A stretch of 64,000 nt of DNA from Armatimonadota bacterium (GTDB lineage: Bacteria > Armatimonadota > Zipacnadia > Zipacnadales > UBA5352): the NCBI GenBank assembly GCA_034722055.1, contig JAYENL010000314.1, positions 26,641 to 90,640 of the forward strand, in the 5' to 3' direction. The notes below the pieces were generated by a model, which worked only from the letters and a program-made list of their open reading frames with translations, was not told where the DNA came from and searched no databases. Position 1 is the stretch's first letter. Each line of letters opens with the position of its first letter. Below, piece by piece: positions 53,296 to 63,212 of the stretch. Both the position numbers and the translations under genes were made by a program.

Positions 53296-56046
53296 TCATC
53301 GTACTGCGAACGAATCCGTGGCTGTGGCGCCGGCAACGCCCTCGACGCTGACCCGCACGGTGTGCTCTCCCTTGCCGATGGTCTCCTCACCGGCCCACTG
53401 CACCGTGACGGCCTCCCCGGCCGGCACCTGGACACTCTTCGCCGCCGGGAACCCCCTGGCCTCCAGCAAGGCGCAGTGTACCGTGGCCTCGACCGGCTCC
53501 TCGCAGCCCCAACTGCGGAGCGTGGCGCTGACCTTCCAGGGCTTGCCCCACTCTATGTCCGCTGCCGACACTTCGGTTACGACCACCGGCAGGCGAGGCC
53601 CCGGGAGGACCGCCACCTCAATCGGCAGGGCGGCGTGCGCGGGGACAGTGCCGCGCGCCGTGGCCTCGGCCCGCAGCATGGCGGGCCCCGGCCGCCGGCC
53701 CTCCGGGCGCCAGGTGAACTCGGCGTCCGCGCGCCCATGGGGACCGACGCTCACCCGGCGCCAACGCGGGATGACCGTTCCGGAGGGCGCCGCCACCGTC
53801 ACCTCCACCTCGCGGGCCGTCCCCGCGGCGTTGGAGACCGCCAGGCGCAGGTTCAGGGCATCCTCAGGGGCGACCGACGGCTCGTCAGTCACCAGCGTCA
53901 ATTCGAGCTGTCGCGGCGAGCCCCAGCCGGCGGCCAGGCAGCGCCCCACGTCCGCGGTCCAGTCGTAGGTGCATCCCGTGGCCATGACATTGACGACCTG
54001 GAAGCCGGCGACGTCGGGCGCCACGCCCGGCGGACAGGCGAACTGGGCCCGCCCGTCCTCATCCGTGGATGCCGAGGCCACCGCCTCGCCGTCGGCCCAC
54101 CATCTGCCCGTCACGCGGGCGGTGTGCACCGGCGCGCCGCCGGCGTCGGTCACCCGCACTCGAGCCGCGGGGCGGCCGCTCGCCTCGCTGAGCGTGAGCT
54201 CAGCCACGTGGATGAGGCGATGGTGCTCGGGCTCCTGGACGAGCACGCGGCGGAGCTGGTGGCCGCGGTCGATGCGCCAAGCGTCGTCGAAGAAGCCGGC
54301 CTCCACGAAGTACGCCGCCTCATAGCAGGTCACCGGTGGCTTGTTGTTCACGTTCAGCACAAACGGCAGCTCCGACTGATCGTTGTTGAACACGAGGTAG
54401 TCCGGATAGGCCCAGGGCAGCTTCTCCAGGTCGTAGCCCAGCAGTTGGGGCGAGCCCCCATCGGGCTTCATGTACATGCGGCGGTTCGCGATCACGAGGT
54501 AGGTCGAGAAGTCGGTGAGGGGGTTCGGGTAGCACATCAGCGCCCCGAACTTCTCGCCGAGGTATCGCCGGTCTCCGTGCTGGGGATCGTGCACGATGAC
54601 GCCGTCATCGCGCACCTCCACCGGGAAGGGATGTGCGGCGTGGGCGCGGCGCAGCAGGCGGCTGCTGTCGATGCTGCCGAAAAGCACGATGGTGTGGGAG
54701 GCCAGGTCGGCGGGGTCGATGCCGTCCTCCGGGACCGCCTCGACCGCCTCCGCGTGGACCATGAAGCCGTTCCAGCTTTCGGCGAACTGCTCCGCCTCCA
54801 GCCGGTGGCGGGCGACCTCGTCGGCTCCTCCCGCGGTTGCCCAGGCCACCACGAAGGGCGACAGGAAGGCGTGCCCCACCGGCCCGCAGAGGTCCGGATG
54901 CTTGCGCAGCGCGTTCATCCGCGGGCGGCGGTGCCATCCGATGACCATCCCGGCAGCGTCCACGTCGGCCTCCAGGCTGATGGTTCCGGGAAAGCCCTCG
55001 TAGCAGGGGAAGCCGTCGGCGTAGACGCGCACCCACCCCTCGGCGGCTGACGGACTCGCCGCCAGGTGCAGCGTAAAGGCCCTCAGGTTCTCGGTACGCA
55101 CGGCCACGGCGTCGCCCTCGGCGTAGGCCTCGAGCTGGCCGGAGAGGCCGTCGATCAGCAGGTCCTCGATGCGGCCCCAGTAGAGCTGCGCGTGGGGGAG
55201 GACGGTGCTCTGGACGGTGAAGCCTGCCGGCCACCGGATGCGGCGGCGGCCCACGAAGAAGCCGTAGATGGCGCGGTAGTCGGTGCCGCCGCCGTGGCCG
55301 AGGGTCGGGTTGAAGATCAGCCTGTAGTCGTAGGCGCCCGGCTGCTTCGCCGACAGCTCCCAGAGCCGCTGGCGCAGGCGCAGGCCGTTCTCGGGAAGCA
55401 CCGTGGTGTCGCTGCCATCGACGATGTGCCCGACCGCGCCCCACCTCCCTCGCTCAGCCCAGTACAGCGGGGAGGCCGCCTCCAGCAGCGGCCTGCGGAA
55501 CTCCTCGATGAGGTCGCGATAGTCCGTGCGGGCGTACCAGTGGTGGTGCCAGAGGCGGAAGTCGGTCCAGCCATCCACGCCCATGACGGCCGCGAAGACG
55601 TCCGGATGCCGGAGCCCGTGCCGCAGGGCGCCGGTGCCGCCCATCGAGCCGCCGGTCATGTAGACGCGGTCGCGGTCGATGCCGAAGCGGGCCGCAGCGT
55701 CGTCCACCACGCGCAGCGTCTCCAGGTCGCCCACGCCCTCGTAGAAGTTCGGCCCGCGGGCGTTGAGATGGATCATCACCCAGCCGTGCTCGTCCGCCCA
55801 CTGCCGCTGGAAGCCGGAGAAGCTGGTGCTCACGCGCCACCCGTACCCGTGGCCATGCAGCACCGCGGGGTAGCCCTGCTCCGAGGGCGGAGGCGAGCCC
55901 GGCAGGTAGACGCCGTAGGCCTGGATGGAGTCATCGAGGGGCGACCGGTACTCGACCAGCCGCGAGACGCCCTCGGCCGGGGCGCCGGCACACGCCAGGC
56001 AGCCCAGAAGGGCGGCGAAGCCGGTGGCGCGCAGTGACAGCATCAC
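53296..56046 (-). CDS. Large secreted alpha/beta-hydrolase-fold protein (esterase or S9-peptidase-like N-domain) with C-terminal beta-sandwich domains
   Basis: Signal/lipobox-like 'MMLSLRATGFAALLGCLACAGA'. A nucleophile elbow 'GGSMGGTGA' (GxSxG) follows the 'HGHGYGW' block. 916 aa. Confidence 0.6.
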   Translation of the reverse strand: MMLSLRATGFAALLGCLACAGAPAEGVSRLVEYRSPLDDSIQAYGVYLPGSPPPSEQGYPAVLHGHGYGWRVSTSFSGFQRQWADEHGWVMIHLNARGPNFYEGVGDLETLRVVDDAAARFGIDRDRVYMTGGSMGGTGALRHGLRHPDVFAAVMGVDGWTDFRLWHHHWYARTDYRDLIEEFRRPLLEAASPLYWAERGRWGAVGHIVDGSDTTVLPENGLRLRQRLWELSAKQPGAYDYRLIFNPTLGHGGGTDYRAIYGFFVGRRRIRWPAGFTVQSTVLPHAQLYWGRIEDLLIDGLSGQLEAYAEGDAVAVRTENLRAFTLHLAASPSAAEGWVRVYADGFPCYEGFPGTISLEADVDAAGMVIGWHRRPRMNALRKHPDLCGPVGHAFLSPFVVAWATAGGADEVARHRLEAEQFAESWNGFMVHAEAVEAVPEDGIDPADLASHTIVLFGSIDSSRLLRRAHAAHPFPVEVRDDGVIVHDPQHGDRRYLGEKFGALMCYPNPLTDFSTYLVIANRRMYMKPDGGSPQLLGYDLEKLPWAYPDYLVFNNDQSELPFVLNVNNKPPVTCYEAAYFVEAGFFDDAWRIDRGHQLRRVLVQEPEHHRLIHVAELTLSEASGRPAARVRVTDAGGAPVHTARVTGRWWADGEAVASASTDEDGRAQFACPPGVAPDVAGFQVVNVMATGCTYDWTADVGRCLAAGWGSPRQLELTLVTDEPSVAPEDALNLRLAVSNAAGTAREVEVTVAAPSGTVIPRWRRVSVGPHGRADAEFTWRPEGRRPGPAMLRAEATARGTVPAHAALPIEVAVLPGPRLPVVVTEVSAADIEWGKPWKVSATLRSWGCEEPVEATVHCALLEARGFPAAKSVQVPAGEAVTVQWAGEETIGKGEHTVRVSVEGVAGATATDSFAVR

Positions 56047-56102
56047 GCCCCGGTGGCTCGCGCCTCGGGTTTCGCCGCGGCCTCTCGCGCTACCGACGGG
56101 GG

Positions 56103-58286
56103 TCAGTCCGAGGCCTCCTCGGCGTCCGCGAGGCTGAAGAGGATCTCCCGCAGCCTCCGCAGTGCCTGCTCCGCCGCGCCGGCATCAGTGTCCTCCGGCG
56201 CGCGCGCCGCGAATCGAGCGCCCACGTACTTCTCGGTGAGCACCGAGAGGTCCTGCGCCACCGCCGGGCGTGCCGCCGTCACGTCCCGCGCGAACTCCCA
56301 GGGCGCATCCGACGGCTCCCGGGCCAGGCCCTCCCCCTCCAGCCACCGCAATGCCTGGCGGTAGGCGTGGAGGATACGCCCCTCAGCGGAGACCCCCGGT
56401 CGCAACGGCCGGATTCTCCACCGGTACCAGCGTCCCCCGACGCCCAGCGCGATCACGACCACCACCAGGCCGATGCCCAGTGCCAGGAGGATGATCCTAT
56501 GGGCGACCGCCCATGCGCCGGCGCTGCCCAGCACCTGGCGAATCTGCCAGGCGGCGCCCCCGGCCTCGCCCTCCTCCTCTTCCGGCTCCTCCGGCTCCGG
56601 CGTGGGGTCGAGGTCGATCCAGCCGGCGCGCGACAGGAAGACCTCCACCCAGGCATGGGCGTCCTGATCGCGGATCTCGTAGACCTGGCGCTGGGGACGG
56701 AACTCGCCGGACGTGAAGCCGGTTACCAGGCGAGTCGGCACGCTTAGGGTCCGGAGGAGGACCGCGGCTGCGGAGGCGAAGTGATTGCAGTAGCCCGTCC
56801 GGCTCTCGAAGAGGAAGTGGTCCACGTAGTCCCTGCCCTCGGGCAGGGGCGGCGCCTCCAGGTCGTACTCGTACTCGGCCTTCACGTAGTTGGTGATGGC
56901 GAGTGCTATGCCGGTCGGGTCCTCCGCCCCGTCCTCCGCCACGATCCGCCGGGCGAGCCGGCGCACACGGTCGGGGAGGCCGTCCGGGAGCTGCAGGGCG
57001 TATTGCATGTCCACGGGTTTCGGAGGCTCGGCGCCGGGAGGCGCCATGACCGCCGCGGGTGAGGCGATAACCCCCCTGTACTTCTCGCCGAGCATGAAGT
57101 GGCCGGTGAACATGACCATGCCGGAGCGGTCGATGCGCATCGAGGGCACGTCTACCTCCAGGTAGCGGGGGCACCACGCCACCGGCAGCGTCCCCAGGAA
57201 GCCGTAGGCGCTGGTGACCTCTACGTCCAGCTCATCGATGACGGCCGGTGACAATCCCATCTCCTCGACGGCCGGGAACTGGTAGCGACCGCCCGCCTCC
57301 GGCCGCAGACGCCGCCACTGGCGCTGGCTCTGCCGCCAGCGGTCGCCCTCGTAGATGTCGTAGGTGCCGGTGCGCATCCTCAGCGGGCCCTCGGCCTTCA
57401 CGATCAGCATGAGGCGGTCGCGCGGCTCCGGAGCGGGGCCGCCCAGTTGCAGCGACCGCTCGGTCATGTGCGGCGGCGGCCCCTCGCGGATCATCAGCCG
57501 CGCCAGCCGCCAGGCGAGCTGCCGGCGCAGCCACCGACCAGCCAGGTTGGAGGGCTCCAGCCGGGCCGCGACCGAGGCCATGATGACCGCTGCGACCGCC
57601 GCGGCAAGCATCAGGGCCAGCCAGGAGTTGACCGTCGGCCGCCACCGTCCGCCTCGAATCCGATCCGACGCCACCCGAGCGTCAACCTCTTCGAGGCGCT
57701 CGGCGGCGTGCTCGCCGGCCAGCATCCCCAGGGTTCCGCCTATGACCACAACCGTCCCCGCTATGGCGGTCGTTGTGGGCACCGACAGGAGCACCAGCAG
57801 CAGCCCCGAGCAGGCCGGGAGCGCCGTCTGAGTGAGGTCCCGCGTGGAGCGCATGGCGAAGGCCCGGAAGGCCATCACCCAGTAGAAGGCCACCACCAGG
57901 AAGCGGTAGCTGAGCACCAGCCTGGAGACGCCGGACGCGCCGCTCAGCCAGCCCATCTTCAGGTGCACGATGCCCAGCGCAACCGCGGCGATGAAGGTAA
58001 TCCAGTTGGGCCAGAAGCGGGGGAGACTCGAGAAGTGCAATCGCCACACGACCGGGAAGGCGGCCGTGATGATCACCGCCAGCTCCACAATGACGAGTAC
58101 GTTGGCGACCAGGGCCGTGGCGGCCAGCAGCGCCCCGTACATGGTCAGCCACCCGGCGAGCATCAGAGCCAGCCAGCGCCGGCGCTCGGCCGGGGTCTCC
58201 GCCGGCGGCCTGTGCGGCACCGGAGTGAAGCGGTGGCGCTCCAGGAAGCCCCAGACGCGGCCCGAGAGGGAGGCGACCGAGGCCAT
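56103..58286 (-). CDS. Transglutaminase-like membrane protein (TgpA-type: DUF3488 TM region, transglutaminase core, DUF4129)
   Basis: Cys-His-Asp core 'GYCNHFASAAAVLLR...AHAWVEVF...DLDPTP'. About 7 N-terminal TM helices and a C-terminal TM plus tail. Confidence 0.75.
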   Translation of the reverse strand: MASVASLSGRVWGFLERHRFTPVPHRPPAETPAERRRWLALMLAGWLTMYGALLAATALVANVLVIVELAVIITAAFPVVWRLHFSSLPRFWPNWITFIAAVALGIVHLKMGWLSGASGVSRLVLSYRFLVVAFYWVMAFRAFAMRSTRDLTQTALPACSGLLLVLLSVPTTTAIAGTVVVIGGTLGMLAGEHAAERLEEVDARVASDRIRGGRWRPTVNSWLALMLAAAVAAVIMASVAARLEPSNLAGRWLRRQLAWRLARLMIREGPPPHMTERSLQLGGPAPEPRDRLMLIVKAEGPLRMRTGTYDIYEGDRWRQSQRQWRRLRPEAGGRYQFPAVEEMGLSPAVIDELDVEVTSAYGFLGTLPVAWCPRYLEVDVPSMRIDRSGMVMFTGHFMLGEKYRGVIASPAAVMAPPGAEPPKPVDMQYALQLPDGLPDRVRRLARRIVAEDGAEDPTGIALAITNYVKAEYEYDLEAPPLPEGRDYVDHFLFESRTGYCNHFASAAAVLLRTLSVPTRLVTGFTSGEFRPQRQVYEIRDQDAHAWVEVFLSRAGWIDLDPTPEPEEPEEEEGEAGGAAWQIRQVLGSAGAWAVAHRIILLALGIGLVVVVIALGVGGRWYRWRIRPLRPGVSAEGRILHAYRQALRWLEGEGLAREPSDAPWEFARDVTAARPAVAQDLSVLTEKYVGARFAARAPEDTDAGAAEQALRRLREILFSLADAEEASD

Positions 58287-59539
58287 CAGAAGGCCCCCAC
58301 GGCCGAGCGGCGCGCGGTGGCGGCAGCGGCGAGGGCCTCGGTAATGTCGGCGGGGGACCGGAGCACGGCCACCTGGATGCCGGCGGCCCTGGCGGACTCG
58401 ACGGTCCGGCGGGGGATCACCGCGAAGCGTTCGGGAGCGCCCTCAAGATCGCCACGCACCACCACCAGCGTCACGGAGCCGGCTGCGCCGGATCGGGCCG
58501 CGATGACCTCCACCAGCGGCTCCTCGACGGCGGTGGTGACGACGAAGACCGAGGCGCCGCGGGGCACGGAGCGGAGCTGTGACGCCAGCGACGCGGCGAA
58601 CGCACCGTCCTCCACCAGCCGGGCCTCGGCCAGCGCCACCATGATGCGGTGAAGATGCGGCTGGCCGGACCCGGACCGGCTGACCGCCTGCGGCAGCCCC
58701 TCCCCGAAGACCGCCACCGACCGCTGCTCCGCGAGTCCGGCGCGGGCGATCGACGCCGCGGCGGAGATGGCTGTCTCCAGCGTGCTGACCGCGCCCTGGC
58801 CGTAGTGGTTGCCGGCCAGCAGGTCGAGGTGCACCGAGATGAGGTCGTGGCGGATGGGCTCGTACTCCTTCACTGCCAGCTCGCCCACGTGGGCGGTGAC
58901 CTTCCAGTGCACATGGCGCAGGTCATCGCCGGGGGTGTGCTCCCGGATGCCGCGGAACTCGCCCTGGTCCCGGCGGGCGTCACGCCCGCGGAAGGCGTAG
59001 CGCCCGTAGCCGGCCTCCCAGGCCGCCACCGGCGGCAGGTCGTAGGTGCGGGGGAAGACCACCAGCTCGTGGGCCTCGCCCCGCTCGCGGCGCTGCTCGA
59101 ACATGCCGATGGGATCGGTGTCGATCAGGGCTGGAGGCCGGAGGCGGTACCGTCCGCGCAGTGGGGGGGCCAGCTCAAGCTCCAAGTCCAGTTCCGAGAG
59201 CGGTGGCATGGGTGGGAGGAGGAACCGGCGGCGGAGCGTGACGCCCTCCACCGTCAGGTTCTCCAGCGTCGCCTCCACGGCCGCGGAGCCGACGGTGATG
59301 CCGCCGACGGACCGCACGTGCAGCTCGGGCCTGATGGGAGCGCCGGCCACGGCATTGCGGCCCGGCGGCGACATCTGCACGCGCAGACGGGTCAGGGCGA
59401 GCTGCGACAGCAGAAAGGCGACGAGCATGACCGCACCGCAGACGCCCGCCAGCACGTACATCACGCGGGCGTCATTCATGGCGCCGACGGCCCAGAGGAC
59501 CACGGCGGCCAGGGCGAAGATGCGGAAGTTGCGGCTCAT
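58286..59539 (-). CDS. DUF58 domain protein (vWA-like), partner of the MoxR ATPase
   Basis: DUF58 signature 'EFRGIREHTPGDDLRHVHWKVTAHVGELAVKEYEP' and an N-terminal TM segment. Confidence 0.7.
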   Translation of the reverse strand: MSRNFRIFALAAVVLWAVGAMNDARVMYVLAGVCGAVMLVAFLLSQLALTRLRVQMSPPGRNAVAGAPIRPELHVRSVGGITVGSAAVEATLENLTVEGVTLRRRFLLPPMPPLSELDLELELAPPLRGRYRLRPPALIDTDPIGMFEQRRERGEAHELVVFPRTYDLPPVAAWEAGYGRYAFRGRDARRDQGEFRGIREHTPGDDLRHVHWKVTAHVGELAVKEYEPIRHDLISVHLDLLAGNHYGQGAVSTLETAISAAASIARAGLAEQRSVAVFGEGLPQAVSRSGSGQPHLHRIMVALAEARLVEDGAFAASLASQLRSVPRGASVFVVTTAVEEPLVEVIAARSGAAGSVTLVVVRGDLEGAPERFAVIPRRTVESARAAGIQVAVLRSPADITEALAAAATARRSAVGAF

Positions 59540-59560
59540 GATCGACCCTCGCCTGACGGC

Positions 59561-60517
59561 TTACGATGGGACGGGAACGCTGTGCAGCAGCTCGTCCACG
59601 ACCTGGGCGCCCGTCACGCCGCTGACGCGGGCCTCGGGGCGCGGGATGAGTCGGTGCGCCAGTGCCGCCCGAGCGATGCCCTTGACATCGTCCGGGCCTA
59701 CGAAGTCCCGGGCCCCGACGGTCGCCACCGCCTGCGCGCAGCGCACCAGCGCCAGACTCCCCCGCGGCCCGGCGCCGAGGTAGAGCTGATCGGACTGCCG
59801 CGTCCTCTCGATGAGCTCCAGGACGTAGTCGTAGATCTCCTCCGAGACGTGGCAGCGGGCCGCCGTCTGCTGCACCGCCGCGACGTCCTCGGAGGCCGCC
59901 ACCGGCTCCAGCTCCTCCACGGGGTGGCCCAGGAGCTGCTCCTGGACGATCTGCTTCTCCTCGTCCCGCTGGGGGTAGCCGATGGAGAAGCGCAGCAGGA
60001 AGCGGTCGAGCTGGGACTCGGGAAGCGGGTAGACGCCCTCGTACTCGATGGGGTTCTCGGTGGCGATGACCATGAAGGGCCGCTGCAGGGGGTGAGTGAC
60101 GCCGTCCACGGTGACCTGCCGCTCCTCCATGGCCTCCAGGAGGCTCGACTGCGTGCGCGGCGAGGCCCGGTTGATCTCATCCGCCAGCACGATGTTGGCG
60201 AAGACCGGCCCCGGCCGGAAGACGAACTCGGCCTCCTTCTGGTCGAAGATGGAGACGCCGGTGACGTCGGTGGGCAGAAGGTCCGGGGTGAACTGAATGC
60301 GCCGGAACTGGCCCCCGATGGAGGCGGCCAGCGAGCGGGCCAGCATGGTCTTGCCCACGCCGGGAACGTCCTCAAGCAGCACGTGGCCGCGGGCGATCAT
60401 GGCCACCAGCACGCGCTCAACGGCCTCGCGCTTGCCGATGATCACCCGCTCCACGTTGTCCGCGATGCGATTGCAGACGGCCGCGGCCTCATCGACCGTC
60501 ATCGCCGTCCTCGGCAT
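59561..60517 (-). CDS. MoxR-family AAA+ ATPase
   Basis: Walker A 'GVPGVGKT', Walker B 'LADEINRA', and 'TENPIEYEGVYPLPESQLDRF' (the MoxR signature). 318 aa. Confidence 0.9.
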   Translation of the reverse strand: MPRTAMTVDEAAAVCNRIADNVERVIIGKREAVERVLVAMIARGHVLLEDVPGVGKTMLARSLAASIGGQFRRIQFTPDLLPTDVTGVSIFDQKEAEFVFRPGPVFANIVLADEINRASPRTQSSLLEAMEERQVTVDGVTHPLQRPFMVIATENPIEYEGVYPLPESQLDRFLLRFSIGYPQRDEEKQIVQEQLLGHPVEELEPVAASEDVAAVQQTAARCHVSEEIYDYVLELIERTRQSDQLYLGAGPRGSLALVRCAQAVATVGARDFVGPDDVKGIARAALAHRLIPRPEARVSGVTGAQVVDELLHSVPVPS

Positions 60518-60543
60518 TCATCCCCACGCTCCAGTGTGCTGCG

Positions 60544-61362
60544 CTACCCGGTGGCCTGTGCGATGTACTCCCGCATGACCCCGGCGTCGTGCGGCAGGAC
60601 CTCCTCGGGCTCAAAGGCTCTGATCCACTCGCCTGAGAGGAGGCCGTCGTAGTCGATGCTCGCCAGCAGCCCGATGGCCTCGTCGTGCGGAATCTCGCCC
60701 TCGCCCATCAGGGCGATCTGCCAGCCGGCGGGGCCGCCGTCCTCGGGCGGCACGCCGTCGTGCACGTGGCAGTGCCGGACGAAGTCCCTCACGTTGCTGA
60801 AGGCCGTCTCCATGTCCTCTCCGTGGCGCCAGGGGTGCATGATGTCCCAGGTGATGGCCACGTTGGGGTGATCGGCCATGCGCACCGTCTCCGCGCAGTC
60901 GGCGGAGAGGCTGTAGGCGTCGTGGGTCTCCACGCACAGGTAGACGCCGCACTCGCCGGCGTGCTGGCCGCACTCGTGCAGGGCCTCGGCGACCACCTTC
61001 TTGGCGTCCGCGAAGTCCATGCCCTCCGGGGTCATGCCCCCGAAGACGCGGATGTTCTGCGCGCCCAGGTCTGCGGCCAGGTCGCAGTACTGCCTGGTGA
61101 GATCGATGCTCTCCTGCAGCTCGTGGTCGCTGTCGAGGGCGTAGCGGCGCGAGGTGGCGATGGTGTGCAGGTCCACGCCGCAGTCTGCGAACTGCTGCTT
61201 GATGGCGGCGCGCTGCTTCTTGGTCGTGTCCAGCTCCACGCCGTGGTTGTGATCCGCCTCACAGCGTGGCTCCACGGCGTCGTAGCCGTAGCGGATGGCG
61301 GCGGCCAGGTGCTCCTCCAGCGACCAGTCGGGAGCCACGAAGGTCATGAAGCTGATCCTCAT
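60544..61362 (-). CDS. Sugar phosphate isomerase/epimerase (xylose isomerase-like TIM barrel)
   Basis: XI-like TIM-barrel pattern ('LCVETHD', 'HCHVHD'). Confidence 0.65.
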   Translation of the reverse strand: MRISFMTFVAPDWSLEEHLAAAIRYGYDAVEPRCEADHNHGVELDTTKKQRAAIKQQFADCGVDLHTIATSRRYALDSDHELQESIDLTRQYCDLAADLGAQNIRVFGGMTPEGMDFADAKKVVAEALHECGQHAGECGVYLCVETHDAYSLSADCAETVRMADHPNVAITWDIMHPWRHGEDMETAFSNVRDFVRHCHVHDGVPPEDGGPAGWQIALMGEGEIPHDEAIGLLASIDYDGLLSGEWIRAFEPEEVLPHDAGVMREYIAQATG

Positions 61363-61368
61363 GCAGAT

Positions 61369-62052
61369 TCACCTTTTCTCGTGATCTACCGGCGCATCAG
61401 TCTTCGGCGGCCGCGACACCCAGGGGCAGTCGGGCAGCATGTAGCGCAACATCAGCTCCTCGCCGCTTCCCTCGGCCAGCCCGATGCGTGTGGTGACCAG
61501 GATCTCATCGGGCCGGTCAGGGCCCGGCGCTACGAACAGCTCGCCGCCGGTGACCCGCCCGCGATTGTGCTCGATCGACACGCCGAACGCCTCTACGAGT
61601 TTCGCCGGGCCGCTGCAGAGGTCCTTCACTCGGCGGCGCCCGCGCCGCCTGCGCATCTCCTCAATACCCGCGATCGGCTGGGCGGAGCGCAGCAGCACCG
61701 CCTCGGGCGTGCCCTCCGGCTGGGTCACAATGTTCAGGCACAAATGCATGCCGTATATCAGGTAGATGTAGATGGTGCCGGGCGGGCCGAACATGGGGTC
61801 ATTGCGCTCGGTTCTTCCGCGCGCAGCGTGGCAGCCCGGATCGTTCTCGGCCAGGTAGGCCTCGGTCTCCACCAGCCGGCCCACCACGTGCGCCTGCTCG
61901 CTGCGGTGCACCAGGAGGCAGCCGAGGAGGTCCCTGGCGACCGCAGGGGTGTCCTGAAGGTAGAACTCCGGCGGAAGGGGCCGGAGCTGTTCGACGGGCG
62001 GCGAGCTGTCCTCAGGATTGGGGTTAGCCACGGGCCATCTCGGGTATACCAA
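61369..62052 (-). CDS. DNA-3-methyladenine glycosylase (Mpg/AAG family)
   Basis: 'VGRLVETEAYLAENDPGCHAARGRTERNDPMFGPPGTIYIYLIYGMHLCLN' matches the AAG-family core. Confidence 0.8.
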   Translation of the reverse strand: MVYPRWPVANPNPEDSSPPVEQLRPLPPEFYLQDTPAVARDLLGCLLVHRSEQAHVVGRLVETEAYLAENDPGCHAARGRTERNDPMFGPPGTIYIYLIYGMHLCLNIVTQPEGTPEAVLLRSAQPIAGIEEMRRRRGRRRVKDLCSGPAKLVEAFGVSIEHNRGRVTGGELFVAPGPDRPDEILVTTRIGLAEGSGEELMLRYMLPDCPWVSRPPKTDAPVDHEKR

Positions 62053-62231
62053 TCATGGTCGAGCGAGAGCGAGACCTCGGAGACAGAGTACGCGCGGCAC
62101 CGGGCCGCGCAAGGCAGGTTCGCCGGCACCTACAGACGCCCTCCCAGGTTTGCACGCCGGCGCCTGCAGACAGCGCCCACCATCTCCGGTGGGCGCTGTC
62201 ACTTCGTGGCGGCCCGCTCGCCGACGCGCCG

Positions 62232-62777
62232 TCAGGGCCCCAGGGGCTGCTGCAGTCCGGCGCCCATCTCATCGTGCTTGATACCGCCGCTGCCGCCCCC
62301 GGCGATCTCCGACTGCACCGCGCAGAGCACCCGCCGGCCGCTGTCCACCACGCCGAAGACCAGCAAGGCGCCCATCTTCAAGGGGTCCTCGTCGGCACCC
62401 ACCGCCTGGATCAGCCGCTGCTGGATCTGCTCCATCTGCCGCATGGTCCGCTGGCGCCTGCGCAGGTACTCCTCGACCGCCGCGGCCCGTGCCTCACGGG
62501 GCTCGGCGTCGTCGAGCACCGCCACCGCCATCGCCTCCAGATCGGCCCGGAGGCGCTCCTGGAGGCGATGCAGGTGGAACTTGGTGCCGAAGACCATCCG
62601 CATCTGCTGCTCGGTGAAGCCCGCGCTCTTGCCGAAGTCGATGCGCGCCTGGCGAACGTTGTCCTCGCCCAGCTCCGCGCCCAGGTCGGTAACCGGGCCT
62701 GCCTCATCCGCCTGCGCCGCACTCCCGAGCACCAGGACCACGGCTGCGATCACCCACACACCCGCTGCTATCCTCAC
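62232..62777 (-). CDS. Hypothetical periplasmic protein (signal peptide; weak Spy/CpxP-like LTxxQ resemblance)
   Basis: GTG start before 'VRIAAGVWVIAAVVLVLGSAAQA'. 'FTEQQMRMVF'. Helical and charged. Low confidence in function. Confidence 0.35.
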   Translation of the reverse strand: MRIAAGVWVIAAVVLVLGSAAQADEAGPVTDLGAELGEDNVRQARIDFGKSAGFTEQQMRMVFGTKFHLHRLQERLRADLEAMAVAVLDDAEPREARAAAVEEYLRRRQRTMRQMEQIQQRLIQAVGADEDPLKMGALLVFGVVDSGRRVLCAVQSEIAGGGSGGIKHDEMGAGLQQPLGP

Positions 62778-63212
62778 CGTGCCAGCACCTCCTGCATCGG
62801 ATTCAGCCGGCTCTATTGGCGTCAGACGCTCCACGTGGCGCAGGGTTCAGTATTCTGCCGCATTATTGCGTTTCCCAGCAGGGCGAGGCGACGATATGTG
62901 ACGAAAGCGTACCATGAGCGGGAGGCGTCGCGCAGGGCCGGCTTTCCCAAGCCGGCCATCGCCCGGAGGCGCTTACGCGCCTCTCCCCGCGGCGACAGCC
63001 CCGCCCGAAGGGCAATTGTCGTGCCAACAACGACGACGGCTGTGGCCTTCGGCTCCTCCCGCAGGGCGGACTTGCGCGTCCCTCGACTGAACCCCAACAA
63101 GCCGTTCCGGCGACCATGAACCGGCGGCACCAAACGCGCCGCAGGACTCGGGCCGCTGGCGGGGAATGCTGACTCGGCAGGCAAAAACAGGCACTCCCGG
63201 GAGGACAGTGTG

